A DNA stretch of 32,000 bases from Candidatus Saccharimonadota bacterium (GCA_036689225.1 CP144768.1:30001-62000), one strand, 5' to 3'. Shown: positions 1 through 10,906, counted from the first letter of the stretch. Notes: a model not told the origin generated them from the letters alone. Made by a program: numbers and translations.

Positions 1-532
<532 letters not shown>

Positions 533-553
533 CGCAATCTAAAAATGTTTTAG

Positions 554-674
554 TTTCTGGCGGTAATAGCATGATAGAACCACCTGAATCCATTTCGAAC
601 TCAGAAGTGAAATGTCATAGCGCTGATGGTAGTGTAAGGTTTTTCTTATGTGAGAGTAAGACACTGCCAGAAAC
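554..674 (+). rRNA. rrf: 5S ribosomal RNA
   Basis: tttctggcgg...ccacctgaatccatttcgaactcagaagtgaaa...gatggtagtgt...actgccagaaac aligns along its whole length with E. coli 5S. The terminal helix tttctggc/gccagaaa pairs. It begins 21 nt after the 23S end. Confidence 0.93.
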
Positions 675-679
675 ATTTT

Positions 680-753
680 GGTACGATAGTTCAGTTGGTT
701 AGAATATCAGCCTGTCACGCTGGAGATCACGGGTTCAAATCCCGTTCGTACCG
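680..753 (+). tRNA. tRNA-Asp (anticodon GTC)
   Basis: Cloverleaf with acceptor ggtacga/tcgtacc, anticodon loop ctGTCac and T-arm cacgggttcaaatcccgt. It is close to E. coli tRNA-Asp. CCA is not encoded (followed by taa). It starts 5 nt after 5S. Confidence 0.93.
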
Positions 754-776
754 TAATATTTTTATTTTATTTTAAA

Positions 777-1331
777 ATGAATATATATAATGAAAATAAT
801 TTAATTTGAATTGATTTAGAAATGACTGGATTAAATCCTTCTGAACATAGAATTATAGAAATTGCTATTTTAATTACAGATAATTATTTAAATATTTTAA
901 TGGAAGGACCTAATATTGTTATTTTTCAAAAAAATAAATATTTATTTAAAATGAATGAATGAAATTATAATATTCATAAAAATAATGGATTAATAAAAGA
1001 AGTTATTAAAAGTAATATTAGTGAATTTAAAGCTGAAAAAATTATAATAAATTTTTTAAAAAATATAGTTCCTAAAAAAAGTTCTCCTATTTGTGGTAAT
1101 ACTGTTGCACAAGATAGAAGGTTTTTATTTAAATATATGCCTAAATTAGAATCTTATTTTAATTATAAATATATAGATGTTACTTCATTTAGGGAAGTAT
1201 TTAATAGATGATTACCTAATATTTTTTTAAAAAAAAAAAAGTATAAAAATATGCATAGAGCTTTATTTGATATAAGAAATTCTATAAAAGAATTAAATTA
1301 TTATAAAAAATTTTTTTTTAATAGTTATTAA
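777..1331 (+). pseudogene. orn: oligoribonuclease (Orn, DEDDh 3'-5' exoribonuclease); frame broken by two opposite 1-nt indels with an in-frame TAA at 1227-1229
   Basis: Manual code-4 translation from ATG 777 gives [35 protein letters not shown]...SPICGNTVAQDRRFLFKYMPKLESYFNYKYIDVTSFREV, which matches E. coli Orn. The conserved NRW(TGA)LPNIF lies in another frame (1202-1240). The conserved MHRALFDIRNSIKELNYY returns to the original frame and ends at TAA 1329-1331. See the finding for details. It may instead be a functional gene rescued by slippage, or a sequencing artefact. Confidence 0.7.
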
Positions 1332-1335
1332 TTTT

Positions 1336-1408
1336 GCGGAAATAGCTCAGTTGGTAGAGTGTAACCTTGCCAAGGTTAAGGTCACGAGTTCGAATCTCGT
1401 TTTCCGCT
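1336..1408 (+). tRNA. tRNA-Gly (anticodon GCC)
   Basis: gcggaaatagctcagttggtagagtgtaaccttGCCaaggttaaggtcacgagttcgaatctcgttttccgct is near-identical in architecture to E. coli tRNA-Gly(GCC). Acceptor is gcggaaa/tttccgc. No encoded CCA. It starts 4 nt after the orn stop. Confidence 0.93.
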
Positions 1409-1414
1409 TTTATT

Positions 1415-1876
1415 ATGAAAAAAAAAATAATTTTAAAGAATATTAATTTTACTATATATTTATCTAAAAAAATATCATTATTAATAGATAAATATGTTTA
1501 TTTTTATTTTTTTGGTTCTTTAGGAACTGGAAAAACTTTTTTTTGTAAAAATCTTATTAAAAATTTAGGTTTTAATGGTATAGTTAATAGTCCTAGTTTT
1601 TCATTAATAAATGAATATAAATTTAATAAAAAAAATATTTGTCATTTTGATTTTTATAGAATAAATAATATTAGAGATTTAATAGATATAGATGTATATA
1701 GTTATTTTAATAATAAAAATATTTGTTTAGTTGAATGACCAAATAAAATATTAAATTTTTTACCTAAAGCAGATTTATATTTTAATTTTTTTTTTTTAAA
1801 TTATAAAAAAAGAATATTATATATATATTCTAATACTAATAAAGGATATAATATATTAAAAAATATATATATATAA
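1415..1876 (+). CDS. tsaE: tRNA threonylcarbamoyladenosine (t6A) biosynthesis ATPase TsaE (YjeE)
   Basis: ORF 1367..1738 trimmed to ATG 1415, because the upstream part overlaps tRNA-Gly. It is extended through TGA 1736-1738 (VEW-P, the conserved TsaE Trp) to TAA 1874-1876. Motifs present: GSLGTGKT (P-loop), SPSFSL, HFDFYR, LVEWP. Confidence 0.85.
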
Positions 1877-1892
1877 TTTTTTTAAAAATATT

Positions 1893-1942
<50 letters not shown>

Positions 1943-1950
1943 TATTAATT

Positions 1951-2883
1951 ATGTTTAAAAATAATAAAAATGTTTTTTGTATATTAGGTCCTAGTGGAAT
2001 AGGTAAAAGTTATATTTCTATGGAATTATGTGATTTATTACCTTTTGAAATAATTAGTGTAGATTCTGTATTAATATATAAATATTTAAATATAGGTACT
2101 GATAAACCTTCAAATGAAAATTTAAAAAAATATTCTCATAAATTAATTAATATTTTAGATCCTAAAGAATATTATTCAGTAAATAATTTTTTTTATGATG
2201 TTAAAAAAGAAATTAATAATATTTATAATAATAAAAATATTCCATTATTAGTAGGTGGATCCATGATGTATTATAATGTTTTATTTAATGGATTATATCT
2301 TTTACCAAAGAGTAATTTTAATATAAGAAGATATATAAATTTATTATTTAAAGTTTATGGTAATAAATATGTTTATAATTTATTTAAAAAAATAGATTTA
2401 TTATCATCAAAAAAAATACATTATAATGATAAATATAGAATAATAAGAAATTTAGAAGTATTTTTTATTAGTAGAAAAAATATTAATTATTTAAAAAAAA
2501 ATAAAATTAATTTAAATTTTAATTTTCATAAAATTATTTTATTACCTTTTAATAAAAATAATTTATTTATTTCTATTAAAAATAGATTTTATAATATGTT
2601 AAAATTAGGTTTTGAAAATGAAGTTTTATATTTATATAATAGAGGAGATCTTAATATAAATATGTCTTCTATTAAATCTATAGGATATAGACAAATGTGA
2701 TTATATTTACAAAAAAAAATTTCTTATAATCAAATGATAGAATATACTATTAGTAATAATATTTATTTAGTTAAAAAACAAATTACTTGATTAAAAAAAT
2801 GATTTAATTCATATATAATAATAATAGATAATTATAATAATTGTATAAAAAAAATATATAATTATATTATTAAATTTATATAA
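1951..2883 (+). CDS. miaA: tRNA dimethylallyltransferase MiaA
   Basis: ORF 1951..2700 extended through TGA at 2698, 2788 and 2800 to TAA 2881-2883. Motifs: GPSGIGKS, EIISVDSVLIYKYLNIGTDKP, PLLVGGSMMY, LEVFFIS, GYRQMW, KKQITWLKKW. All align with E. coli MiaA. Confidence 0.9.
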
Positions 2884-2903
2884 AATATTTAGGATATAAA
2901 ATT

Positions 2904-4175
2904 TTGTTTAAAAAAGAAATAGCTATATATATATATAAAAAATATATTAATTTAATTGAAAAAAAAGAATTTATTAAATTAATTTTATCTTTGGGAATAA
3001 AATTTTTTAAATTTATTAATATAAGAATTAATATACCTAATAATAAATTTTTTTTTGGTAAAGGAAAAATATTAGAATTAAAAAAAATATTTAAAAAAAA
3101 TAAATATAATTTATTATTAATAAATATTGATTTAAAATATTCACAAGAAAATAATATTAAAAAAATTTTAAATTGTAAAATATTAAATAGAACTAATATT
3201 ATACTAAATATTTTTAAAAGTAGAGCTAATACTAATTATGGAAAATTACAAGTAAAATTAGCTTATTTAAAATATTTAAGTACAAGATTAGTAAATAGAT
3301 GAAATCATTTAGAAAGACAAAAAGGAGGGATTAAATTTATTTCTGGTCCTGGTGAAAAACAAATAGAAATTGATAGAAGAATTATAAAAAGAAAAATTAA
3401 AAATATTAATATAAAATTAAAAAAAAATATTTTACAAAGAAAAAATAGTGAAAGATTAAGAAATAAATTTAATATATCTAAAATATCTTTAGTTGGATAT
3501 ACTAATTCAGGAAAATCAACTTTATTTAATTTATTAACTAATAATAATTATGATTGTAAAAATGTTTTTTTTTCTACATTAGATGTTTATATTAAGAAAA
3601 TAGTTTATTTTAAATTTAAATATAATATATTATTATCAGATACTATAGGTTTTATTAGAAATTTGCCTGTAAATATTTTTGATGCTTTTAAAGCTACTTT
3701 AGAAGAAATAAATAATTCAAAACTTATATTTCATGTTGTTGATTCATCTAATATATATTTTAATAATAATATTTTTATAGTAAATAGTATTTTATCTAAA
3801 ATAAATATTTTAAATATACCAATTATATTAATAATGAATAAAATAGACAAAATAAATATTTATAATAAAAGTATTGATTTTAATAATAAAATTCCTTATA
3901 GAATATGAATTTCTGCTAAAAAAAATATAGGAATTAATTTTATATATGATATTATTGATTTTTATTTTTTTAATTTTTTAAAAAATTATAAAATTTTAGT
4001 TCCTATAAATTTAGTTAATAAAATAAAAAAAGAAATATTTTTTAATAAATTTATAATTAGTGAATGAAATTATAATAATAATAATTATTATATTAATGTA
4101 ATGTTAAAAAAAAAATGTTTTTTAAAGTTAATTAAAAAATATCCGTTTATTAAAATATTAAAAAATAGTAAATAA
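2904..4175 (+). CDS. hflX: GTPase HflX
   Basis: Fragments 2904..3302 and 3663..3908 share a frame, and 3303-3662 is open. They are joined across TGA 3300, TGA 3906 and one further TGA near 4065, ending at TAA 4173-4175. Motifs: GKLQVKLAYLKYLSTRLVNRW-NHLERQKGGI..GPGEKQIE.DRR, G1 GYTNSGKSTLFN, DTIGFIRNLP, NKID. The only plausible start is TTG 2904, with aggat 9-13 nt upstream. The exact start is less certain. Confidence 0.88.
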
Positions 4176-4176
4176 T

Positions 4177-4938
4177 ATGAATAATTTTTTTTATGGTATA
4201 GATACTATTAAAAATTTAATTTTATATAAAAAATCTTATATTTATAAAATATTTTTATGTATTAATAAAAAAAATAAAAGATTATTAAATTTAAAAAAAT
4301 TAATAATTTTAAATAAAATATCTTTACATATTTTAAATATTAATATGTTTAAAAAAAAATTTAATAAATTTAATTTTGTTCATCAAGGAATAATAGCTTT
4401 AGTAAAAAATAAATTATTTCATAATAATTATAATAAATTTTTAAGTATTATAAAAAGTAAAAAAAATAAAATTTTTTTAATTTTAGATAATATTAATAGT
4501 CCATATAATTTAGGTTCTTGTATAAGAACTGCTGTTGCTGCAAATATAGATTGTATTATAATTAGTAAAAATAATTCTGCTTCTATAGAAAATAATATAG
4601 TACATAAAGTTTCGACTGGATCTATATATAAAATATTTATTTTTCAAGTTGATTCTATAAATAAAATAGTTAAATTTTTAAAATTTAAAAATATTAAAAT
4701 TATTGGAACTTATTTAAAAGGTATTAATAATTTATATAATATTAACTTTAATAATTATAATTCTTTTGCATTAATATTAGGTTCTGAAAAAAATGGAATT
4801 AAAAATTCTTTAAAAAAAAATTGTGATTTATTAGTAAATATACCAATATTTAATATTAATTCATTAAATGTTTCTGTATGTTATGGAATAATTATTTTTG
4901 AAATATTACGTCAAAAAAATAATTATAATTTAATCTAA
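4177..4938 (+). CDS. rlmB: 23S rRNA (guanosine-2'-O-)-methyltransferase RlmB (SpoU/TrmH family)
   Basis: Intact 253-aa ORF. Motifs HQGIIAL, LDNINSPYNLGSCIRTAVAANID, ALILGSEKNGI and NIPIFNINSLNVSVCYGIIIFE match the RlmB/TrmH motifs. ATG lies 1 nt after the hflX stop. Confidence 0.85.
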   Translation: MNNFFYGIDTIKNLILYKKSYIYKIFLCINKKNKRLLNLKKLIILNKISLHILNINMFKKKFNKFNFVHQGIIALVKNKLFHNNYNKFLSIIKSKKNKIFLILDNINSPYNLGSCIRTAVAANIDCIIISKNNSASIENNIVHKVSTGSIYKIFIFQVDSINKIVKFLKFKNIKIIGTYLKGINNLYNINFNNYNSFALILGSEKNGIKNSLKKNCDLLVNIPIFNINSLNVSVCYGIIIFEILRQKNNYNLI

Positions 4939-5865
4939 TATTTTTCCTATTATAAATAATTTTGGATTTGAATAAAATAATTCTGATATTTTTATTTTTT
5001 TTCTATTATTTAATTGTATTTTAGTTATTGATATTGGTAAATCTTTACTACATATTATTAATTCATTTTTGTTATATTTTAGTATTTTTCCAGGTATATT
5101 ATTTTTTTTATGTTTTTTATTAATTGTAATTGATCATATAAAAAATATTTTATTTAAATAATAAAAAAATGTTTTTGGTCATTTATAAAAAGCTTTAATT
5201 TTTCTTTTTATACTTTTAGCTTTATTTTTTTTTCATATTATTAAACCGTCTTTTTTTTTTATTTTTTTTGCATATGTACTTTTTTTTTTATTTTGTTTTA
5301 TATATTTTATTTTTTTATTAAATATTTTTTTAATAATTTTTGGTAATATTTTATATCCTGTTTTTTGTATTTTTTTAAATAATTTTATATAATTATCATT
5401 TTTTTTGATTATTATTTTTTTTTTATATATTATATCTCCTTCATCTATATTTTTATTAATTTTAATTATAGTTATTCCTGTGAGTTTATCGTTTAATAAT
5501 AAACTTCAATATATTGGTGCTGGACCTTTTCATCTTGGTAATAAAGATCCATGTATATTTATAAATCCAAATTTAGGTATTTCAATTATTGAATTAGGTA
5601 TTATTAATCCATATGATATTATTATTCCTAAATCTAAATTTATATTTTTTATTTTTGGTTGTATTTTTTTTAATTCATTTTTATTTTTTGTATATATTAT
5701 TTTTATATTTTTTTTTTTTATGTTTTTTTTAATTAATTTAGTTTCTTTATTTTTTTTTGTTATTATATATTTTATATTAAATAAATCATTTTTAATAATT
5801 TTTTTAAAAAAAGGGATACTAAAATTATTTATTCCTATAAATATTATTTTAATTTTTTTTTTCAT
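4930..5865 (-). CDS. fmt: methionyl-tRNA formyltransferase
   Basis: Minus ORF 5530..5865 (…FGFINIHGSLLPR) continued by hand through TGA 5530-5532 and further TGA codons. The continuation reads W-KGPAPIYW-SLLLNDKLTGITIIKINKNIDEGDII...STYAKKIKKKDGLIIW...AFYKWP... and ends at TAA (plus-strand 4930-4932). It is colinear with E. coli Fmt. It overlaps the rlmB 3' end convergently by 9 nt. Confidence 0.88.
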
Positions 5866-6308
5866 TATATATAATCTATAATTAATTTTCCATTTATATG
5901 ATCTATTTCATGTTGTATACATATTGATAATAAATTTTTTGTATGAAAAAAAATTTTTTTTCCTTTTAATGTATATGCTTTAATATATAAATATTTATAT
6001 CTTTTTATTTTAATATATTTATTTGGTATTGATAAACATCCTTCTTTTGAAATTATTTTTTTTTTTTTTATTATTATTTTTGGATTAATTAATATTAATT
6101 TACTATTTTTTTTTTTTAATATATCTATAATAATTATAGATTTTTTTATGTTTACTTGTATTGCAGATAAACCTATACCATTATATTTATACATTGTATT
6201 AAACATATTTTTTATATTTTTTTTTAATTTTTTATTATATAATTTAATTTTTTTACTTTTTTTTCTTAGTATTTTATTTGGATAAGTTAATATTTTAAAT
6301 ATTGACAT
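5865..6308 (-). CDS. def: peptide deformylase
   Basis: Minus ORF 5865..6329 trimmed to ATG 6308 (MSIFKILTYPNKILRK...; E. coli begins MSVLQVLHIPDERLRK). The TTG-extended version would run into tRNA-Leu. Motifs GIGLSAIQV, EGCLSIP and QHEIDHING are present. Its stop overlaps the fmt ATG by 1 nt (TAATG). Confidence 0.9.
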   Translation of the reverse strand: MSIFKILTYPNKILRKKSKKIKLYNKKLKKNIKNMFNTMYKYNGIGLSAIQVNIKKSIIIIDILKKKNSKLILINPKIIIKKKKIISKEGCLSIPNKYIKIKRYKYLYIKAYTLKGKKIFFHTKNLLSICIQHEIDHINGKLIIDYI

Positions 6309-6322
6309 ATGTTTAAATTTTA

Positions 6323-6406
6323 TACCCAAGGCGGGATTCGAACCCGCATGATTTATTTAATCGAGGGATTTTAAGTCCCTTGTGTCTACCTTTCCACCAC
6401 TAGGGC
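6323..6406 (-). tRNA. tRNA-Leu (anticodon TAA), type II with long variable arm
   Basis: The reverse complement gccctagtggtggaaaggtagacacaagggactTAAaatccctcgattaaataaatcatgcgggttcgaatcccgccttgggta is colinear with E. coli leuZ. There is one U-U mismatch in the acceptor stem. No encoded CCA. Confidence 0.9.
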
Positions 6407-6419
6407 ATTATTTTTTTAT

Positions 6420-6490
6420 AAGCGTGTCTCGGAATTGAACCGAGATATATGGATTTGCAATCCACTGCATTACCTATCTGCCAACACGCT
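6420..6490 (-). tRNA. tRNA-Cys (anticodon GCA)
   Basis: The reverse complement agcgtgttggcagataggtaatgcagtggattGCAaatccatatatctcggttcaattccgagacacgct+t has a perfect acceptor stem agcgtgt/acacgct, discriminator U and anticodon loop ttGCAaa. Confidence 0.9.
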
Positions 6491-6568
6491 ATTATAATTT
6501 TTTATATTATATAATATATAATATTATATTATATATATTTTAAAATATATATATATAATATATATTAG

Positions 6569-6597
6569 TTGATTAATATAAATATATAAAATATAGT
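6569..6597 (+). promoter_or_regulatory. candidate sigma70-type promoter for the rpsL super-operon (TTGATT-N17-TATAGT)
   Basis: ttgatt at 6569-6574 and tatagt at 6592-6597 with a 17-nt spacer, about 70 nt upstream of the rpsL ATG. Specificity is low, because -10-like hexamers are everywhere in this composition. Confidence 0.25.
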
Positions 6598-6665
6598 ATT
6601 ATATATGGTGTTTATTTTATAAAATTTTATATTTTAATTAATATCATTTTTTTTTGGAAAAGTTA

Positions 6666-7034
6666 ATGTCTACTATTAATCAATTAGTTCATAAATCTCG
6701 TATAAAAAAAATTTTTAAAAATAATGTTCCAGCATTAGAAAATTCTCCTCAAAAAAGAGGAGTTTGTATAAAAGTATATACTACTACACCTAAAAAACCT
6801 AATTCAGCATTAAGAAAAGTATGTAGAGTTCGTTTAACAAATGGTTTTGAAGTTACAGCATATATTCCAGGTGAAGGTCATAATTTACAAGAACATTCTG
6901 TTGTTTTAATTAGAGGTGGTAGAGTAAAAGATTTACCTGGTGTTCGTTATCATGTAATACGTGGTTCTTTAGATTGTAGTGGTGTTAAAGATAGAAAAAG
7001 ATCTAGATCAAAATATGGAGTAAAAAAAATATAA
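6666..7034 (+). CDS. rpsL: 30S ribosomal protein S12
   Basis: ORF 6654..7034 trimmed to ATG 6666 ([10 protein letters not shown]...). [57 protein letters not shown] is typical S12. Stop is TAA. Confidence 0.97.
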   Translation: MSTINQLVHKSRIKKIFKNNVPALENSPQKRGVCIKVYTTTPKKPNSALRKVCRVRLTNGFEVTAYIPGEGHNLQEHSVVLIRGGRVKDLPGVRYHVIRGSLDCSGVKDRKRSRSKYGVKKI

Positions 7035-7054
7035 TTAGTTAAAAGGTAATTTTT

Positions 7055-7528
7055 ATGTCACGTAAAAATATAAATTATATACATAATATTATTCCTGATT
7101 ATATATATAATTCTAAATTAGTTTCTAAATTTATTAATATTTTAATGTTAAATGGTAAAAAATCAGTTGCAGAAAAAATTTTATATAATTCTTTAAATAT
7201 ATTGTATGAAAAAATAAAAAAAGATAAATTAAATTTATTAGAATTAGCTATAGAAAATGTTAAACCTATTGTTGAAATTAAATCTCGTAGAGTTGGAGGA
7301 ACTACTTATCAAATTCCTGTAGAGGTTAGACCTTCTAGAGGATATACTTTAGCAATGCGTTGAATAATATTATATGCTAGAAAAAGATTAAATAAAAAAA
7401 GTATGTGTTTTAAATTATCAGATGAATTATTTGATGCTATTGAAAAAAAAGGTAATTCTATTAAAAAACGTGATGAAGTTCATCGTATGGCAGAATCTAA
7501 TAAAGCTTTTGCTCATTATAGATGATAA
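7055..7528 (+). CDS. rpsG: 30S ribosomal protein S7
   Basis: ORF 7055..7363 extended through TGA 7361-7363 to ...NKAFAHYRW, where the final conserved Trp is TGA 7523-7525 followed directly by TAA 7526-7528. Confidence 0.96.
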
Positions 7529-7557
7529 TATTAATATTTTGGAGAATTTAATTAAAT

Positions 7558-9687
7558 ATGTCTCGTAAAACTTCTATAATTAAATATAGAAATATTGGAA
7601 TTAGTGCTCATATTGATGCTGGTAAAACTACTCTCACTGAAAGAATTTTATTTTATACAGGAGTAAATTATAAATTAGGTGAAGTTCATTATGGTACTGC
7701 TACTATGGATTGAATGGAACAAGAACAGGAAAGAGGTATAACTATTACTTCTGCTTCTACTACTGCTTTTTGATCAGGAATGTTTAAACAATTTAAATTA
7801 CCATATAGAATTAATATAATTGATACTCCTGGTCATGTTGATTTTACTATAGAAGTTGAAAGATCTATGAGAGTTTTAGATGGTGCTATTATGGTTTATT
7901 GTTCAGTTGGTGGAGTACAACCTCAATCTGAAACTGTTTGGAGACAAGTTAATAAATATAATGTACCTCGTATAGCTTTTATTAATAAAATGGATAGGAT
8001 AGGTGCTAATTTTTTTAATGTTATTGATCAATTAAATAAAAAATTTAAAATTTTTGTTTTACCTATACAAATACCTATAGGTAGTGAAAATAATTTTTTA
8101 GGTATTGTAGATTTAGTTAATTTTAAATTAATATTTTGAAAAAATGATGATTTAGGTATTAATTTTGATATTAAAAATATATCTAAAAATGATAAAATAT
8201 ATAATTTAGCTTATTTATGACGTCAAAAATTAATAGAATTTGTTGCAGATAAATCTGAATTATTAATGAATAAATATTTTAATAATATTGATTTAGATGA
8301 ATATGAAATAAAATCTGTTTTAAGAAATGAAGTATTAAAAAATAATGTTTTATTAGTTACTTGTGGATCTGCATTTAAAAATAAAGGTATTCAATGTTTA
8401 TTAGATTCTATAATAGATTATTTACCTTCTCCTAATGATATAGGTAATGTAATTGGTTTAAATATTAAAAATAATAGTAATATTAAACGTGAAATAAATG
8501 ATAATGAATATTTTTCAGCTTTAGCATTTAAAGTTGTTAATGATATATTTGTTGGTAATTTAACTTTTTTAAGAATTTATTCGGGTTCTATAAAATCAGG
8601 TGATGTAATTTTAAATTCTAATAAAAATAAACGTGAACGTGTTGGTCGTATTGTTCAAATGCATGCTAATAAAAAAGAAGAAATTAAAGAAGTTTTTGCT
8701 GGTGATATTGCAGCTGCTATAGGGTTAAAAGATGTTACTACTGGTGATACTTTATGTGATATTAATAATCCTATTATTTTAGAAAAAATAGATTTTCCTA
8801 ATCCTGTTATTTCTATATCTTTAGAACCTAAAACTAAAAATGATCAGGAAAAATTAAGTATTGCATTATCTAAATTATCAAAAGAAGATCCTTCTTTTAA
8901 AAGTTTATTTAATAGTGAATCTAACCAAACTATAATATCTGGTATGGGTGAATTACATTTAGATATAATTGTAGATAGAATGAAAAGAGAATTTAATGTT
9001 AATTGTAATAAAGGTAAACCTGAAGTTGCTTATAGAGAAACTATATTAAATAGTATTAAAAATATAGAAGGTAAATATATAAGACAAACTGGAGGAAGAG
9101 GACAATATGGACATGTAGTTATAGATTTATTTCCATTATTGAAATCTGAATATAAATTATCTAAAAATGGTTATTTATTTATAAATGATATTAAAGGTGG
9201 TGTAATTCCTAATGAATATATATCTTCTATAGATAAAGGTATATATGAACAATTAAAATCTGGTCCTTTGGCAGGTTATCCTGTAACTAATATTAAAGTT
9301 AGATTATTTTTTGGTTCTTATCATGATGTTGATTCTTCAGAAATAGCTTTTAAAATGGCTGCTTCTATAGCTTTTAAAGAGGCTTTTTTAAAATCTAATC
9401 CAATATTATTAGAACCTATTATGAAAGTTGAAATTGAAACACCTGAAGAATATATTGGTGATATAATAGGTGATTTAAATAGACGTAGAGGTATTATTGA
9501 AGAAATTTATGATATTAATTTGGGTAAATTAATAAAATCATATATTCCTTTATCTGAAATGTTTGGTTATGCTACTGATTTAAGATCTTATACTCAAGGA
9601 AGAGCTTTATATTCTATGGAATTTTATAAATATTCTATATCTCCTAGTCATATATGTAAAAAAATAGTAGAATTACGTAATAGATAA
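7558..9687 (+). CDS. fusA: translation elongation factor G
   Basis: ATG 7558 ([35 protein letters not shown]...). Fragments 7780..8139 and 8266..9687 are all in frame 1 and are joined across TGA at 7711, 7771, 8137 and 8218. Ends at TAA 9685-9687. ggag lies upstream. Confidence 0.97.
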
Positions 9688-9721
9688 TAATAATTATGAT
9701 ATATAAAAGGTTATAAATAAA

Positions 9722-10906
9722 ATGTCAAAAGAAAAATTTAATCGTAATAAAATTCATATTAATGTTGGTACTATAGGTCATGTTGATCATGGTAAAACTA
9801 CTTTGACTTCTGCAATAACAACTATTTTATCAAAAAAATATGGTGGTAAAGCTTGTGCATTTGATCAAATAGATAATGCTCCTGAAGAAAAAGCTCGTGG
9901 TATTACTATTAATACATCTCATGTAGAATATGATACTTCTATTAGACATTATGCTCATGTTGATTGTCCAGGTCATGCCGATTATATAAAAAATATGATT
10001 ACTGGTGCTGCTCAAATGGATGGAGCTATATTAGTAGTAGCTGCTACTGATGGACCTATGCCACAAACTAGAGAACATATTTTATTAGCTCGTCAAGTTG
10101 GTGTACCTCATATAATTGTTTTTTTAAATAAATGTGATATGGTTGATGATGAGGAATTATTAGAATTAGTTGAAATGGAAGTAAGAGATATATTAAATCA
10201 ATATAATTTTCCTGGTAATGATACACCTATTATTAGAGGATCAGCATTAAAAGCTTTAGAAGGAGTTAAAAAATGAGAAGATAAAATATTTGAATTAGCT
10301 AATTTTCTTGATAAATATATTCCTAATCCTATAAGAAATATTGATCAACCATTTTTAATGCCTATTGAAGATATTTTTTCTATTTCTGGTAGAGGTACTG
10401 TAGTTACTGGTAGAATAGAAAGAGGTATTATAAAAGTTGGAGAAGAAGTTGAAATTGTTGGTATACGTAATACAAAAAAATCTATATGTACTGGTATAGA
10501 AATGTTTCGTAAATTATTAGATGAAGGTAGAGCTGGTGAAAATGTTGGTATATTATTAAGAGGTATTAAAAGAGAAGAAATTGAAAGAGGTCAAGTTTTA
10601 TCTAAAATTAATACTATAAATCCTCATACTTCTTTTGAAGCTGAAGTTTATGTATTATCTAAAGAAGAAGGTGGTAGACATACTGCTTTTTTAAATGGAT
10701 ATCGTCCTCAATTTTATTTTCGTACTACTGATGTAACTGGTACTATAAAATTATCAAAAGGTATAGAAATGGTTATGCCTGGTGATAATGTTAAACTTTT
10801 TATTAAATTATTTAATCCTATAGCTATGAATGAAGGATTACGTTTTGCTATTAGAGAAGGTGGTCGTACAGTTGGTGCTGGTATAGTAAGTAAAATAATT
10901 TTATAA
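9722..10906 (+). CDS. tuf: translation elongation factor Tu
   Basis: Fragments 9722..10276 and 10358..10906 are in the same frame and joined at TGA 10274-10276 (…[24 protein letters not shown]). [17 protein letters not shown] and NKCD are present. [16 protein letters not shown] is identical to E. coli EF-Tu. Confidence 0.98.

Noticed and set aside
1367-1414. N-terminal extension of the tsaE ORF (MPRLRSRVRISFSAFI...).
   Set aside because: This part is the tRNA-Gly gene read as protein. TsaE homology starts at ATG 1415.
5405-5881. 158-aa plus-strand ORF, very hydrophobic (Phe/Ile/Leu-rich), which could be taken for a membrane protein.
   Set aside because: It is antisense to fmt, which has clear homology. 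Poly-Lys/Asn codons (AAA/AAT) read as Phe/Ile on the opposite strand. It has no start context or homology.
6309-6329. TTG-initiated 7-codon extension of def (MGIKFKH).
   Set aside because: It overlaps the 3' end of tRNA-Leu. ATG 6308 aligns with the E. coli Def N-terminus.
9830-10015. 61-aa minus-strand ORF.
   Set aside because: It is antisense to the highly conserved G-domain of tuf, so it is spurious.
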